A stretch of 64,000 bases of DNA from the human T2T-CHM13v2.0 reference genome, Homo sapiens: the NCBI RefSeq assembly GCF_009914755.1, contig NC_060928.1; one strand, given 5' to 3'. The position numbers were made by a program, and so were the translations under genes. The stretch's first letter is position 1; every line of letters begins with the position of its first letter. Under the pieces are notes generated by a model that was not told where the DNA came from, ran no database searches, and saw only the letters and a program-made list of their open reading frames with translations. This document shows positions 30,360 to 44,372 of the stretch, in pieces.

Positions 30360-30800
30360 AGAAGTGAGTGGATAAACCAATTGTGGTATGTGCATATAAA
30401 GAAACACTGCTTAGAAATAAAGAGAATGAACAACATTTTGGTTTCTTTCATTCCACTTAATCAAAATGAAATCATTTTCATTCCACTTAATCATTTTGGT
30501 TGATGCAACAACATGGATCAACCTCAAAATGATTAAGTGGAATGAAAGAAACCAAACAAAAAGTATAATCTGTATGATTCCCTTTACATAAAATTTTAGG
30601 CAATGCAAACCAATTGATAGTGACAGAAAACGGGTCAGTGGATGCTTGGGGATGGAGCTGGGGGATGCAGGAAGGACTGGAAGGGAGGGATTACAAAGGG
30701 GTCCAAGGAAGTTTTTGGGGTGATAAGTATATTCCTATCTTCATTGTGGTGATGGTTTCACAGGTGTTCACTAGTGTCAAAATGCATCCAAATTTACACT
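30360..30800 (+). mobile_element. Old L1M 3' fragment
   Basis: gtggataaaccaattgtggtat...atgcaacaacatggat...ctgtatgattcc...gtggtgatggtttcacagg. Confidence 0.8.
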
Positions 30801-31021
30801 GTTTTCCCAAGGTTTTTAAGTTGGGAACTCTCATCTTCTCCTAAGATTTGATAAATAATTTCTTGTCTTCTAGGTTTTCTTCTTAAGTTGGAGATGAGGG
30901 GTGGTGGTTAAAAACTCCTGCTTAGCTTATTTTCCCTTTAGGGATTGATTACACTTATTTCTGTCTCCCTTGCCTGTGTGAGGAAACCTCTCCAGCCCTG
31001 GAGCAACTTCTTGGGGCTTCT

Positions 31022-31730
31022 AAGTGGATTGAATTCTGGTCCCCAGAAGATATGTCTACGTAGAACCACAAAATGTGACCTTATTTAGAATAAAGGTCTT
31101 TGCCAGACCTTATTTAGCATAAGAGTCTTTGCCATTGTAATTAAGGTAAGGATGTCAAGATAAAAATCATCCTGGATTAGGGTGGGCCTTAAATCCAATG
31201 GTGATTGTCCTCATGAGAGATAGAAAAGGACAGAGACACCATAGAGGGAAGGCCATGTGAAGACAGAGACAGAGACGGGAGTTCCTGCAAGCCAAGGAAC
31301 ACTAAGAATTGCTGGCAGCTAGGCACGGTGGCTGAGGCCTGTAATCCCAGCACTTTGGGAGGCTGAGGCAGGTGGATTACTTGAGCCCAGGAGAGCAGCC
31401 TGGGAAAACTGGCAAAACCCCATCTCTACAAAAAATACAAACATTAGCTGGGTGTGGTGGCATGTGCCTGTGGTGGTCCCAGCTACTCAGGAGGCTGATG
31501 TGGGAGGATCATCTGAGCATAGGAGGTTGAGGTTGCAGTGAGCTGAGATCGCACCACTACGCTCCAGCCTGGGAGAAAAAGTGAGACCCAGTCTCAAAAG
31601 AAAAAAAGAAAAAGAAAGAATTGCTGGCAGCCACCAAAGCTAGGAGAGAGGCGGATTCTCCTTCAGAGCCTCCAGCAGGAGCCCTACATTTGTGTTGTTT
31701 TAAGCTCATAGTAATATGTTATGGCAGCTC
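31022..31730 (+). mobile_element. MaLR LTR (MLT1-like) with nested AluJ (about 31318-31615)
   Basis: aatgtgaccttattt...atcctggattagggtgggcc...; Alu TSD aagaattgctggcag on both sides. Confidence 0.85.
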
Positions 31731-31888
31731 AGGAAATCAGGCCACTAGGTACTTTTGTTGCTACTGTCCTTAGTTCTACCACTGTATTTTGTTTCCGCTG
31801 TTTGTTCTTCATTCTCTGAACTAATCCTGTTAGAATTTTATTCTCTTAGTATTTCACCATTTCTACCTAGCTGAACATGTTCATTAAC

Positions 31889-32189
31889 TTCTTTTTTTTA
31901 TTATTTTTTGAGATGGATTCTTGCTTTGTCGCCCAGGCTGGAGTGCAGTGGGGCAATTTCAGCTCACTGCAACCTCCGCCTCCAAGATTCAAGCAATTCT
32001 GATGCCTGTCTCCCAAGTAGCAGGGATTACTGGCGTGCACCATTATGCCTGGCTAATTTTTGTGCTTTTAGTAAAGACGGGGGTTTGCCATGTAGGCCAG
32101 GCTAGTCTTGAACACCTGGCCTCAAGTGATACACCTGTCTCAGCCTCTTAAAATGCTGGGATTACAGGCGTGAGCCACTGTGCCTGGCC
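31889..32189 (-). mobile_element. AluS-type
   Basis: Full Alu. Confidence 0.9.
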
Positions 32190-32223
32190 AGAAAAGGGAA
32201 ACTTTGAGAAGTTAATGAACATT

Positions 32224-32540
32224 GGCCGGGCAGGGTGGCTCACACCTGTAATCCCAGCACGTCGGGAGGCTGAGCAGAAGGATGGCTTGAGCCCAGGAGT
32301 TTGAGACCAGCTTGGGCAACATGGCAAGACCCCATTCCTACCACCCCCCCCCACACACACACACACACAAACTGGGTGCAGTGGTGCATGCCTGTAGTTC
32401 CAGGTACTCAGGAAGTTGAGGCGGGAGGATTGCTTGAGCCCAGGAGGTCAAGGCTGCAGTGAGCTATGATCACACCACTGTACTCCAGCCTGTGGGACAG
32501 GGCAAGACCCTGTCTCTTAAAAAATCATAAAAATAAAAAA
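32224..32540 (+). mobile_element. AluJ-type with C-run/(CA)n linker
   Basis: Full Alu; middle A-tract replaced by C8 and (CA)n. Confidence 0.9.
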
Positions 32541-33525
32541 GTAAACAAAGTTTCCATTTCCTTGTCTGCAGAATGAGCGTGAGTTCCTATGCCTGGGGTT
32601 GGTTGTGAGGATTCAATGAATCCATACATGGAAATGCTTTAGAACAGTACCCAGCACGTAACAAATGCTGTATTCATGTCATTACCGTTATTACTAGGTA
32701 CTGCTCACACTTTCCAAGGGGTGGCTCTCTGGTAGCTTCTTCAAAATTAATGGTACATTTTCTTCCATCAGGGTTATTGATGAAATGTTGCATTAGTCTT
32801 GGATCTTGGGTGATGGTGTGAGAAAGTCTTTGCATGGGTCCTGGGATTAATTCTGAACTAGGTTTTCAGCAAATCCCCTTATGATCTCTCCCAACAAACG
32901 GAAAACCTCAGTGGTGTTAAAACTAGTCATGGTTTACCTCAATGGTTGGAGATGAGCAAAGGGCTCCCAGGCCATTGCTTGGTCCACCATCGAAGCCAAT
33001 TTACTGTTCTTTGTTCCACAGCTTCAGCCTAACTTTAGGCATCCTTTTCCATGTGTGGGCCATTGGTCATATGCAGACCGAGCAAAAAAATGTAGGAGGC
33101 TTATAGAAAACCCATTGGCATGTTTGGAAAGACAGAAGTCCACACTGTGTTGATGTGTGGTTAGCAGCATCTTCTTCACTGTCTGACTACATATGAAACT
33201 GACTTTAGGCCTTGCCACCACTTTCTTTCTCAAAGAAATATGAAGAAATTATGTAGAATAATAAATATGGAGCTTCCAGGTAGTAAGTTTAATGGAATGA
33301 GTTTAGAACTTTTCACCTCCTTAATGGGTTGTGAGTTAACCTAAGAGTATTTTTTATCCATAATTTGCAATGCACTGAGGAACAGGTAAGCAAAACAAAA
33401 TCAAAAGCTTCATCAAAGCCAAGAAAGATTGCAGCTTTCATTCCTTCTATTTGCAAAGCCCTTCAATGTCACTGAAGGCTAAGTGTCTAGCTCCCCTCTT
33501 TATCAAGCCATGCTGCCTGTGCATC

Positions 33526-34189
<664 letters not shown>

Positions 34190-34300
34190 ATATTCTTTTT
34201 ATTATTTTAAAAAAGAAATTAAAGGATTCTAAAACACATAATTTAAGCTTAGAGATTTGTGATTTCCAGAATCATCTGAGACTTAGGAGGTCTGAGCATT

Positions 34301-34654
34301 TGATATGGTTTGGCTGTGACCCCACCCAAATCTCAACTTGAATTGTATCTCCCAGAATTCCCGCATGTTGTGGGAGGGACCCACAGGGAGGTAATTGAAT
34401 CATGGAGGTTGGTCTTTACTGTGCTATTCTCATGATAGTGAATAAGTCTCATGAGATCTCATGGGTTTATCAGGCGTTTCTGCTTTTGCTTCCCCCTCAT
34501 TCTCTCTTGCTGCCACCATGTAAGATATGCCCTTCACCCTCCACCATGATTACGAGACCTCCCCAGCCATGTGGAACTGTAAGTCAAATTAAATTTCCTT
34601 TTCTTCCCAGTCTCGGGTATGTCTTTATCAGCAGCGTAAAAACGGACTAGTACA
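34301..34654 (+). mobile_element. THE1 solo LTR (MaLR)
   Basis: tgatatggtttggctgtg...cccaaatctcaacttgaattgta...ctttatcagcagcgtaaaaacggactagtaca. Confidence 0.92.
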
Positions 34655-35834
34655 CCATTCATCTATGTATTATCCAAAGGGCCTCTGTTGTGACTTCACC
34701 CAGTTCCATTCACCATATTTATATGGTCTCTTGACATGAGAATATAGTTTTATGTGTATATCATTTTTTTAAAAATCAGAAAGCAATTTAATGTTTTCCC
34801 CTGGTAAAGTGTTTTGTATGTTGGCAAATCAGGGACTTGATAATGAGTGCAGTACTGGATATTGAGCTAAGTCAGTTAATTGGGCTTTGGCTCTTTAGAA
34901 GGGTTTGGTGAAGCTCTGCTTATGGGTAATTGAGGCTTCAGGTTGCCAAGAGTTGGGTGACTAAGAGGTAGCTGTTTTGGATCAAGGGTAAAATTTTAAT
35001 TAGATGATGAGCATTCTCAAAGGGCATGTAGCAATTTTCTGAACTGCATAATCTAATGGTTCGAAATTTAGAAAGTAGTGATGTCATCTCTCCATCTTTT
35101 CAAAGAACACACATCTGCCTCTGTAATCATTTTGTTTATTATTTTTAATAACAGCAATAGGCCAATGCTAAGTAATATGATGATCAGGAAAGAAATAGGC
35201 CCCGGGGATATGTGAAACAGCTTTGTCAGACAGTTTCAGCTCTACAGAATTGTGTTTTCTTGATGAAATTTCTGGCAAAGTCTTCTTTCCATGTTTTCAA
35301 AGTCTCCTCTTCCTCCTCGTTGTCAGTTCATTTCCTGTTTCAACCTTCCAAGGGGTTTACCTATGTTAAAATGAACTGAGTTCAAATATAGTCCTTCCCA
35401 GATAAAAACTTGTGACTTTCTCTTTTCTTGATTGATTTTAATGAAATATATGCTGAAAGAAGTAGGAAACTCACTGAGAATGTCAAACATAATCTGCAGG
35501 TCATTATATACCCAGAGTTTACAGAGGGTAGGAATGATATCTATTAGTACTATAACGAATCTGTTTGCTTGCAGAGTGGCTTTCTGACTTGCTGCCAGCC
35601 TGTGCCTATTCCACACTTACACTTTTTGACATTTAAAATGCTTCTTAATAAATCTTAGTCAGTTATTATTATTATTATTTTCATTTGCATTGGAAAACAG
35701 CATTCTTCCTTACCTTCCATAGAAAGGGTGCAAGCAGGTCTACTGGCACCCACCTGCCTCACAGTGCCTGGAGCTTAATAGATGCTGAGTGATGCACAAA
35801 TATAATGGATGAATTCATTTAATAAATCCTCTTT

Positions 35835-36363
35835 TTATTTATTTATTGTTTATTTTTATCATATTTTTTAAGACACAGGGTCTTGCTCTGTTGCCCAGGC
35901 TGAAGTGTAGTGGTACCATCATAGGTCATTGAAGCCTAAAATTCCTGTTCTCAAGTGATCCTCCCGCCTCAGCCTCTGGAGTAGCTGGGACTACAGGCAG
36001 GCACCACCATGGCCAGCTAATTTTTTTTTTTTTTTTTTTGAGATGGAGTCTCACTCTGTCGCCCAGGCTGGAGTGCAGTGGTATGATCTTGGCTCACTGT
36101 AATCTCCGCCTCCTGGGTTCAAGCGATTCTCCTGCCTCAGCCTCCTGAGTAGCTGGGATTACAGGCACCGCCACCACGCCCACCTACTTTTTGAATTTTT
36201 AGTAAAGACAGGGTTTCTCCATGTTGGCCAGGTTGGTCTCGAACTCCTTACCTCAAGTGATCGGCCTCCCAAAGTGCTGGGATTACAGGCGTGAGCCACT
36301 GTGCTCAGCCGGCCAGCTAATTTTTAAAATTGTTTTAGAAAAGGGAGTCTCCCTGTGTTGCCC
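35835..36363 (-). mobile_element. AluS nested in the central A-linker of an AluJ
   Basis: Inner Alu about 36021-36310; TSD ggccagctaattttt at 36011 and 36311. Confidence 0.9.
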
Positions 36364-37865
<1,502 letters not shown>

Positions 37866-37879
37866 TGAAGCTTTTTAAA

Positions 37880-37989
37880 ATGACAGGATCCTAACACTTG
37901 TGAAGGCTATGTCACGGGCGTGTCCTCAACCTTGGAAAAATAAACTTTCTAGGTTAATTGAGAGCTGTCTCAGATTTTCTGGGTTCACA
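37880..37989 (+). mobile_element. ERV1 LTR 3' fragment (MER4/MER41 group)
   Basis: gtcctcaaccttggaaaaataaactttcta...gctgtctcagattttctgggttcaca. Confidence 0.7.
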
Positions 37990-38497
37990 CACCTTAGAAG
38001 AAAACTAGATTATTTCAGGAAGGTAACCTGTACCTTAAAGTCAAAATTGTGAAAGTATGGATGTAACAGCTCTTTTGAAATAATTAGAAGGATACAAGGG
38101 CCAGAAGGAGCCTCATACATCATTTAGAAAAGGTTCTGGAGGAATTTTACTTTAATACAAATTAAACACCAGTGGCAGAATCATAAACATTTTCAAACTA
38201 ATATAGATTAGAAAGGATGGCATTTGGGGATTATTATTTTTATAATCAGAAGGGCTTGAGAAAAAGTTTGCGGAAAATAAATACGTTTCAACATTTTTCT
38301 CTGATAATTCATTTTGACAACTACTGTGTTCATTTTGATAACTACTATATCACTTTATAAATGATGAAACTATTTCAAATGTAATGACTGTACTTTTCAC
38401 AGTTTGTATGCCTATAATTTATGCAATGCCACACAATCAACCAAACAACTCTTAACTTTATTTTTACTTCAGTGTATTATTTAGAAATGATATAAGG

Positions 38498-38823
<326 letters not shown>

Positions 38824-38908
38824 CTACAGTTTACTTTCTGGTTCTTGGTTATTATCAAAGGGCATTGGAAGGTTAAGCTGCTGTAATAGCTTTAAAAGGG
38901 GAATTTAA

Positions 38909-39310
<402 letters not shown>

Positions 39311-39314
39311 TCAT

Positions 39315-39474
39315 GGTCTGGCATGATTATAGGTGCAAGCCTGTAATCCCAGCTACTAGGGAGGCTGAGGCAGGAGGATGACCTGAGCCCAGGAGTTTGA
39401 GGCTACAGTGCACAATGATTGTGCCTGTGAATAGCCACTGCACTCCACCTTGGGTGATATAGTGAGACCCACAT

Positions 39475-39516
<42 letters not shown>
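39315..39516 (+). mobile_element. FAM monomer with (CA)n microsatellite tail (39479-39516)
   Basis: gcctgtgaatagccactgcactcc is the FAM-type segment; about 18 CA units. Confidence 0.85.
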
Positions 39517-39518
<2 letters not shown>

Positions 39519-39608
39519 AGAAGAACATAAACACATCAAATGTGAGCCATTTTGCTGACTTGGGCATACAATAAATCCATATCTCTGGGTTCTAAAGATG
39601 TACCAATC

Positions 39609-40002
<394 letters not shown>

Positions 40003-40419
40003 TAAAGATGTGCCAATCAAACAAGTGTTTGCTCTGTAGATGAGGTGAGTGCTCCTGATCAGATAGTATATTCAATAAAATAAGCATGTCATCAAACTAA
40101 CTTTCTTGGCCTTTGTTCTTTGGTTGAAAAACTCCCGTTGACCTCATGAATACCACATTTATTAACCCCGGAAGACAACAGATAGCTAATGCAACATAAA
40201 TATCTGTGGCTTTAAAAATACATATTATTATGTGTGCAGTCTACAAACACTTTCCTGAAATTGGTCTTCTGTGGGCAGTGATTTAAACTTTTCAACTTGG
40301 ACGCTTTTCCTACTGGGGGCTGTAAAGATGATAACTCAGCCCTTACTCTTCAGTGTTTCTCATTCCCGTCTCCCCTACTTCGGAATGAAACACAATATCT
40401 TAAGCAAACAGAGCCCAAA

Positions 40420-40530
40420 GAGGCTGATCATTGGCTCTCATTGTCCCCTGATACTGTAGCCCCGCCCCTTTGGCTTGTGCTGACTAGCTGTTTATATTTT
40501 AGTAAGGGCCACCCTTTAACTCGGCAGCTT
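40420..40530 (+). promoter_or_regulatory. TRIM2: Core/proximal promoter of TRIM2 long-isoform first exon
   Basis: Inverted CCAAT (ATTGG about 40430), GC box (gcccgcccc about 40460), TATA-like tttatatttt 40491-40500, directly upstream of the coding first exon; repeat-free region. Confidence 0.7.
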
Positions 40531-40640
40531 GATGACTATAATGGGCCCAGTTGTCTGCGGGCTGCGGGGAGCTAAGTCCCCAGATTGGAGGAGGCTGGCT
40601 CTGGTCTTCGATGCACAGGAGTGGCCGTTATGGAACGCAG
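40526..40640 (+). other. TRIM2: First exon (5'UTR plus 10 codons); TSS approximate
   Basis: Ends at consensus donor CAG|GTAAGG (40641); start inferred about 30 nt below the TATA-like element. Confidence 0.75.
40611..40640 (+). CDS. TRIM2: TRIM2 long isoform N-terminal coding segment MHRSGRYGTQ (phase-0 intron follows; rest of gene beyond window)
   Basis: Direct translation of ATGCACAGGAGTGGCCGTTATGGAACGCAG; matches my recollection of the TRIM2 isoform N-terminus MHRSGRYGTQQQRAGSKT... preceding MASEG; not database-verified here. Confidence 0.88.
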
Positions 40641-42179
40641 GTAAGGACGCTTCTCAATGTGGGATAATTCTTTTTCTGGGCCAGCTGGTTAATCCGGGGC
40701 TGGGAGAAACAAGTTGTGATTGGGTTGCTACTTTTTCCTGGTTTTAATTTTTTCCCTGCAGAAGAGGGAAGGAAAAGACTGGGATTTGCTGACAAAGCTC
40801 ACAGTGAGCTCTGTTAATCCAGGCAGGAAGGGAGTAAGGAAGCAAAAAATCGAGGGAGAGACACAGCTGGATTTGACACCAAAGCAACATGAATGTGGCA
40901 AAGCATAAGGCCAGTTCCAGTGATGTTGTGAGACTCAAATGCTGTTTTATTTCCTAACATAGGTAGTCACAGTCAGGAGCTTAGCTGGGCCTCTCCGGGG
41001 TTTCTGTAAGCCAGCTGCTAGCCGATGTAACTCAGTCGACCCCATTTGAAAGGACCTAATATCTGCTAGTATTTTCAAAGGGCAAACTGTAGTAGTCTTG
41101 CATGTTATAAATAGGTCTATTCAGAAATGTGGGAACAGTTTAGAGCAGACAGGAGACTGTAAAGTTTTACTGCCCCATAAAAGTGCTCAAAGGGTACTAT
41201 GTCCCTCTGCCGTGCGACTGTGGAATGAAGAAATAGCCCCAGGTGAATAGAGCGTTTGTCCTTGACTACCCAAGTGAGAAGTCAGCAGAGCCTGGGGACG
41301 CCATGTGAGTCGGGGGTGAAGCCTGATGTGGGCTCAGCCAGCCACACCTCGGGGTGCTTGCTGGTTTCCGGGGTGTGAATGGGTGAGGGTGGAAAACCAC
41401 TCAGGCACCGGTCTTTGGTGCCTGCTTTATCTCTTGGCTGGCCCATTCGGTGCTCAGTGAGGCACCTGTCGTAGCTCACGGGGTGCGCAAAGGGCAAGGA
41501 AAGGGTTGTGCTGTCATTGCGACCTGTAAGGTGGGGAGGGGGCTACAACATCTCGAGTCCTGGGAGTTGCTTTAGAAAGTCCTCCTCCTCCTGCTGAAAA
41601 AAAGAATCACCTACGGCAGCTTTGATCAGATAAGTTTCTGGTGAGCCCCGTGGTGTGGAGTCAGTGAACTTGCGGTTTGTGTTTGTTATCGACAGGAGCC
41701 TGATAAAATGAAAAGGTGAGGTTTAATTTTTACATAAAGCTAGAGGTGAACCATGGGACTTTAATACATTTAATGCTTTGAAAGTCTCCCCACCTCTCCA
41801 AATTCCCTCAACTTGTATCTATTATCTAGGTACACCTTGTTTAAAGCCACCATGCTGTTTGCGGATCCTGGAGGTATTAAGTCAGAATACAAAGGGTGTT
41901 TTTCAAATGAATTTGACGCCAAGCAACATGAATGCTTGAACCCATTGTATGAAAACAGGCAGTCTCTAAGTGAGGCCAGGTTCTCCTGGTGCGGTCCTAG
42001 AGCCCTGGAGAGGGATGAGTCACCCCACGAGGAGGTCCTGACAAGGAATGGAAATTCTGACTCTGCCAGTGAACTTTTGACTCTCCCAGGTGGGGTGGAG
42101 GCTCCAAAGGGAAAGGACAGGTGTGCATCATTCACCCTCCAGGCCCACCGCAGGCCTCACAAATCCCATTTGGTCAGGT

Positions 42180-43218
42180 CAATGCATTCTCACCTTCCCA
42201 CCTAAGTAGGTGTCCCACAGTTTAACTCAATTCTGACACTAACTGCAGTGAGTGCAGACCCTGAGGTTTAAGGGCTCAGTCCTACCAGGCTGCCCCGACC
42301 TCAGAGGCCAGTTGCAGGCTGAAGGTTGTCACTTGTGCTTCTGACTAGCTGGCTATCCATGAGAAGTTCTCACGATCCTTCCTCAGGTAGATTACAAGCT
42401 GTGTAACTTTGTCTAACTTTGTGCTGTAAGTCAGAGATTGACTTCTTGGGGTCACTGTTTTGTTAGCATAGCTCACGGAACTCAGGGAGACACTTAATTC
42501 CATTTACCAGTTTATTATAAAGGGTATTACAAAGGATACAGTTGAATGAATACATACAGCCAGGTGAAGAGATGGCTAGGGAGGGTCTTGGAGCTTTCAT
42601 GTCCTCTCCGGGCGCCACTCTCCCAGCGTCTCCATGTGTTCAGCTATCCAGAAGCCCTCCAGACCCGCTCCTTTGGGTTTTTATGGAGGCCTCATTACAA
42701 AGGCATGATTGATCAAACCATTGGCCATCGGTGATTGAGTCAACCTCCTGCCCCTCTTTGCTCCCTGGAAACAGGGTCAGGGGGTGTGTATGGGTGGAGT
42801 AGGGAGAAAGGGGCTGAAAGTTCCAACTCTCTAATCACTTGCTTGGTTCCCCTGGCAACCAGCCCCCTCCAGAGGCAATCTGGGAGCCCTCAGTCGTCAA
42901 TCATCTCATTAGCATACAAAAAGGCTCTTTATCACTTTGTACATTCCAAGGGGTTTTCTTTCTTTCTTTTTTAAATTTGAGACAGGGTCTTGCTCCGTCA
43001 CCCAGGCTGGAGTGCAGTGGCATGATCATGGCTCACTGCAGCCTTGACCCCTTGGGCTCAAGCGATCCTCCAGATCCTCCCGCCTCAGCCTACCAAAGTG
43101 CTGGGATTACAGGTGCATGCCCCCATGCCCAGCCAATTGCAAGGATTTTAAGAACTATGTGCCAGGAAGCAGAGACAAGACCAAATATATATTTCTTATT
43201 ATAAATCACAATATCACA
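42180..43218. mobile_element. MER21-like LTR with nested Alu monomer (about 42958-43133)
   Basis: aactcaattctgacacta...aagggctcagtcc...tttatggaggcctcattaca...ataaatcacaatatcaca. Confidence 0.8.
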
Positions 43219-43429
43219 CCTTCCTCATGATTCACACTTCAGGTCACTTACTCACTGTGTAACTCTGTGCAAGTTCCCTAACCTCTCTGTGCCCCAGTTC
43301 CCTTATCTGTAAAATTCGCTAAATTCCAGGAAGGGCCAGCCACACTGGTAGGCCTATGCGGTGCGGTGGCCGATGGGGGACAGACGACACACAGAGGCAG
43401 AAGCCAAAGAACACGGGTTTAAAAACAAG

Positions 43430-43670
43430 GGGTTAAGAGCAAGAGCTTTGATTCAGACGAACCTGGAGTCCAGCCTCACTTTCGTTGTTTTACTTATATG
43501 TTATTGGGCAAGTTACCAAATCTCCCTAAGTCTGTATTCCTTCAGCCAAATAATGGGATGACAATCTGTTTCACTGGATGATTGTGAGGTTTAAATGTGG
43601 TCATGCATCAAAGTTCCTTATACAGCACTCAGTGCACAGCAAATATTCAGTGAATATTAATTATTTTATT
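43430..43670 (+). mobile_element. MIR
   Basis: ggttaagagc...ttgggcaagtta...attgtgaggtttaaatg. Confidence 0.65.
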
Positions 43671-44093
43671 ATGACTGCTACCAGCATCTAACGACAGTCC
43701 TAAATACCATCTAAGTTTACCAAATGTCTCTCTGATTTACTGGTGACATTGGATAAAGGAAATGCTAAGAGAATGCAGTGCAGTGGAAAGAAGGGCGGGC
43801 TGGACATCAGCGTTCTGGTCTCCATCCGGGACTGGCCAGCAGGTGGCTCTGGAAAAGGGAGTCCCTCAGGGTCACGGTTTTCTATCTGTCCTGAGGCATG
43901 ATCTTCAAAGTCCATTCTAGCTTCTGTCTATGACTTTAGATCTGACAGAAATCTCCCCGGAGGAACTCATGAGCCGTAAGTTAAACATGGTTTGAAATCA
44001 CCCTTGAGCTCCTTGCTGATCATGCTTATCCATGTTGAAGGCTCATCCAGGAATAATAGATGGGTCTTGTGTGTGGTTTGAAAAGTTCACTTC

Positions 44094-44372
44094 TGGCCAG
44101 GTGCAGTGGTGAACCCTGTAATGCCAGCACTTTGGGAGGCCAAGGTGGAAGGATCGCTTGAGGCCAAAAGTTCAAGACCAGCCTGGGCAACATAGTTAGA
44201 CTTTGTCTCTAAAAAATAAAAATAAAAATTAGCTGGGCATGGTGGTACACACCTGTGGTCTCAGCTACTCAGGAGGCTGAGGCGGTAGGATCACTTGAGC
44301 CTGGGAGGTGGAAGCTGCAGTGAGCTATGATTGTGCCAGTCCACTCCAGCCTGGGCAAGACCTTGTCTCAAA
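44094..44372 (+). mobile_element. AluJ-type
   Basis: Dimeric Alu with short tail. Confidence 0.9.

Noticed and set aside
31077-31134. 29-bp tandem duplication in the MLT1 LTR, and similar short tandem copies near 4445, 23989, 38308, 53068 and 60537
   Set aside because: Two-copy slippage duplications are commonplace; not an array and not CRISPR-like.
41770-42205. Overlapping 130-aa (+) and 121-aa (-) ORFs in non-repeat DNA
   Set aside because: No recognisable domain, the + ORF starts at TTG, and no convincing splice context.
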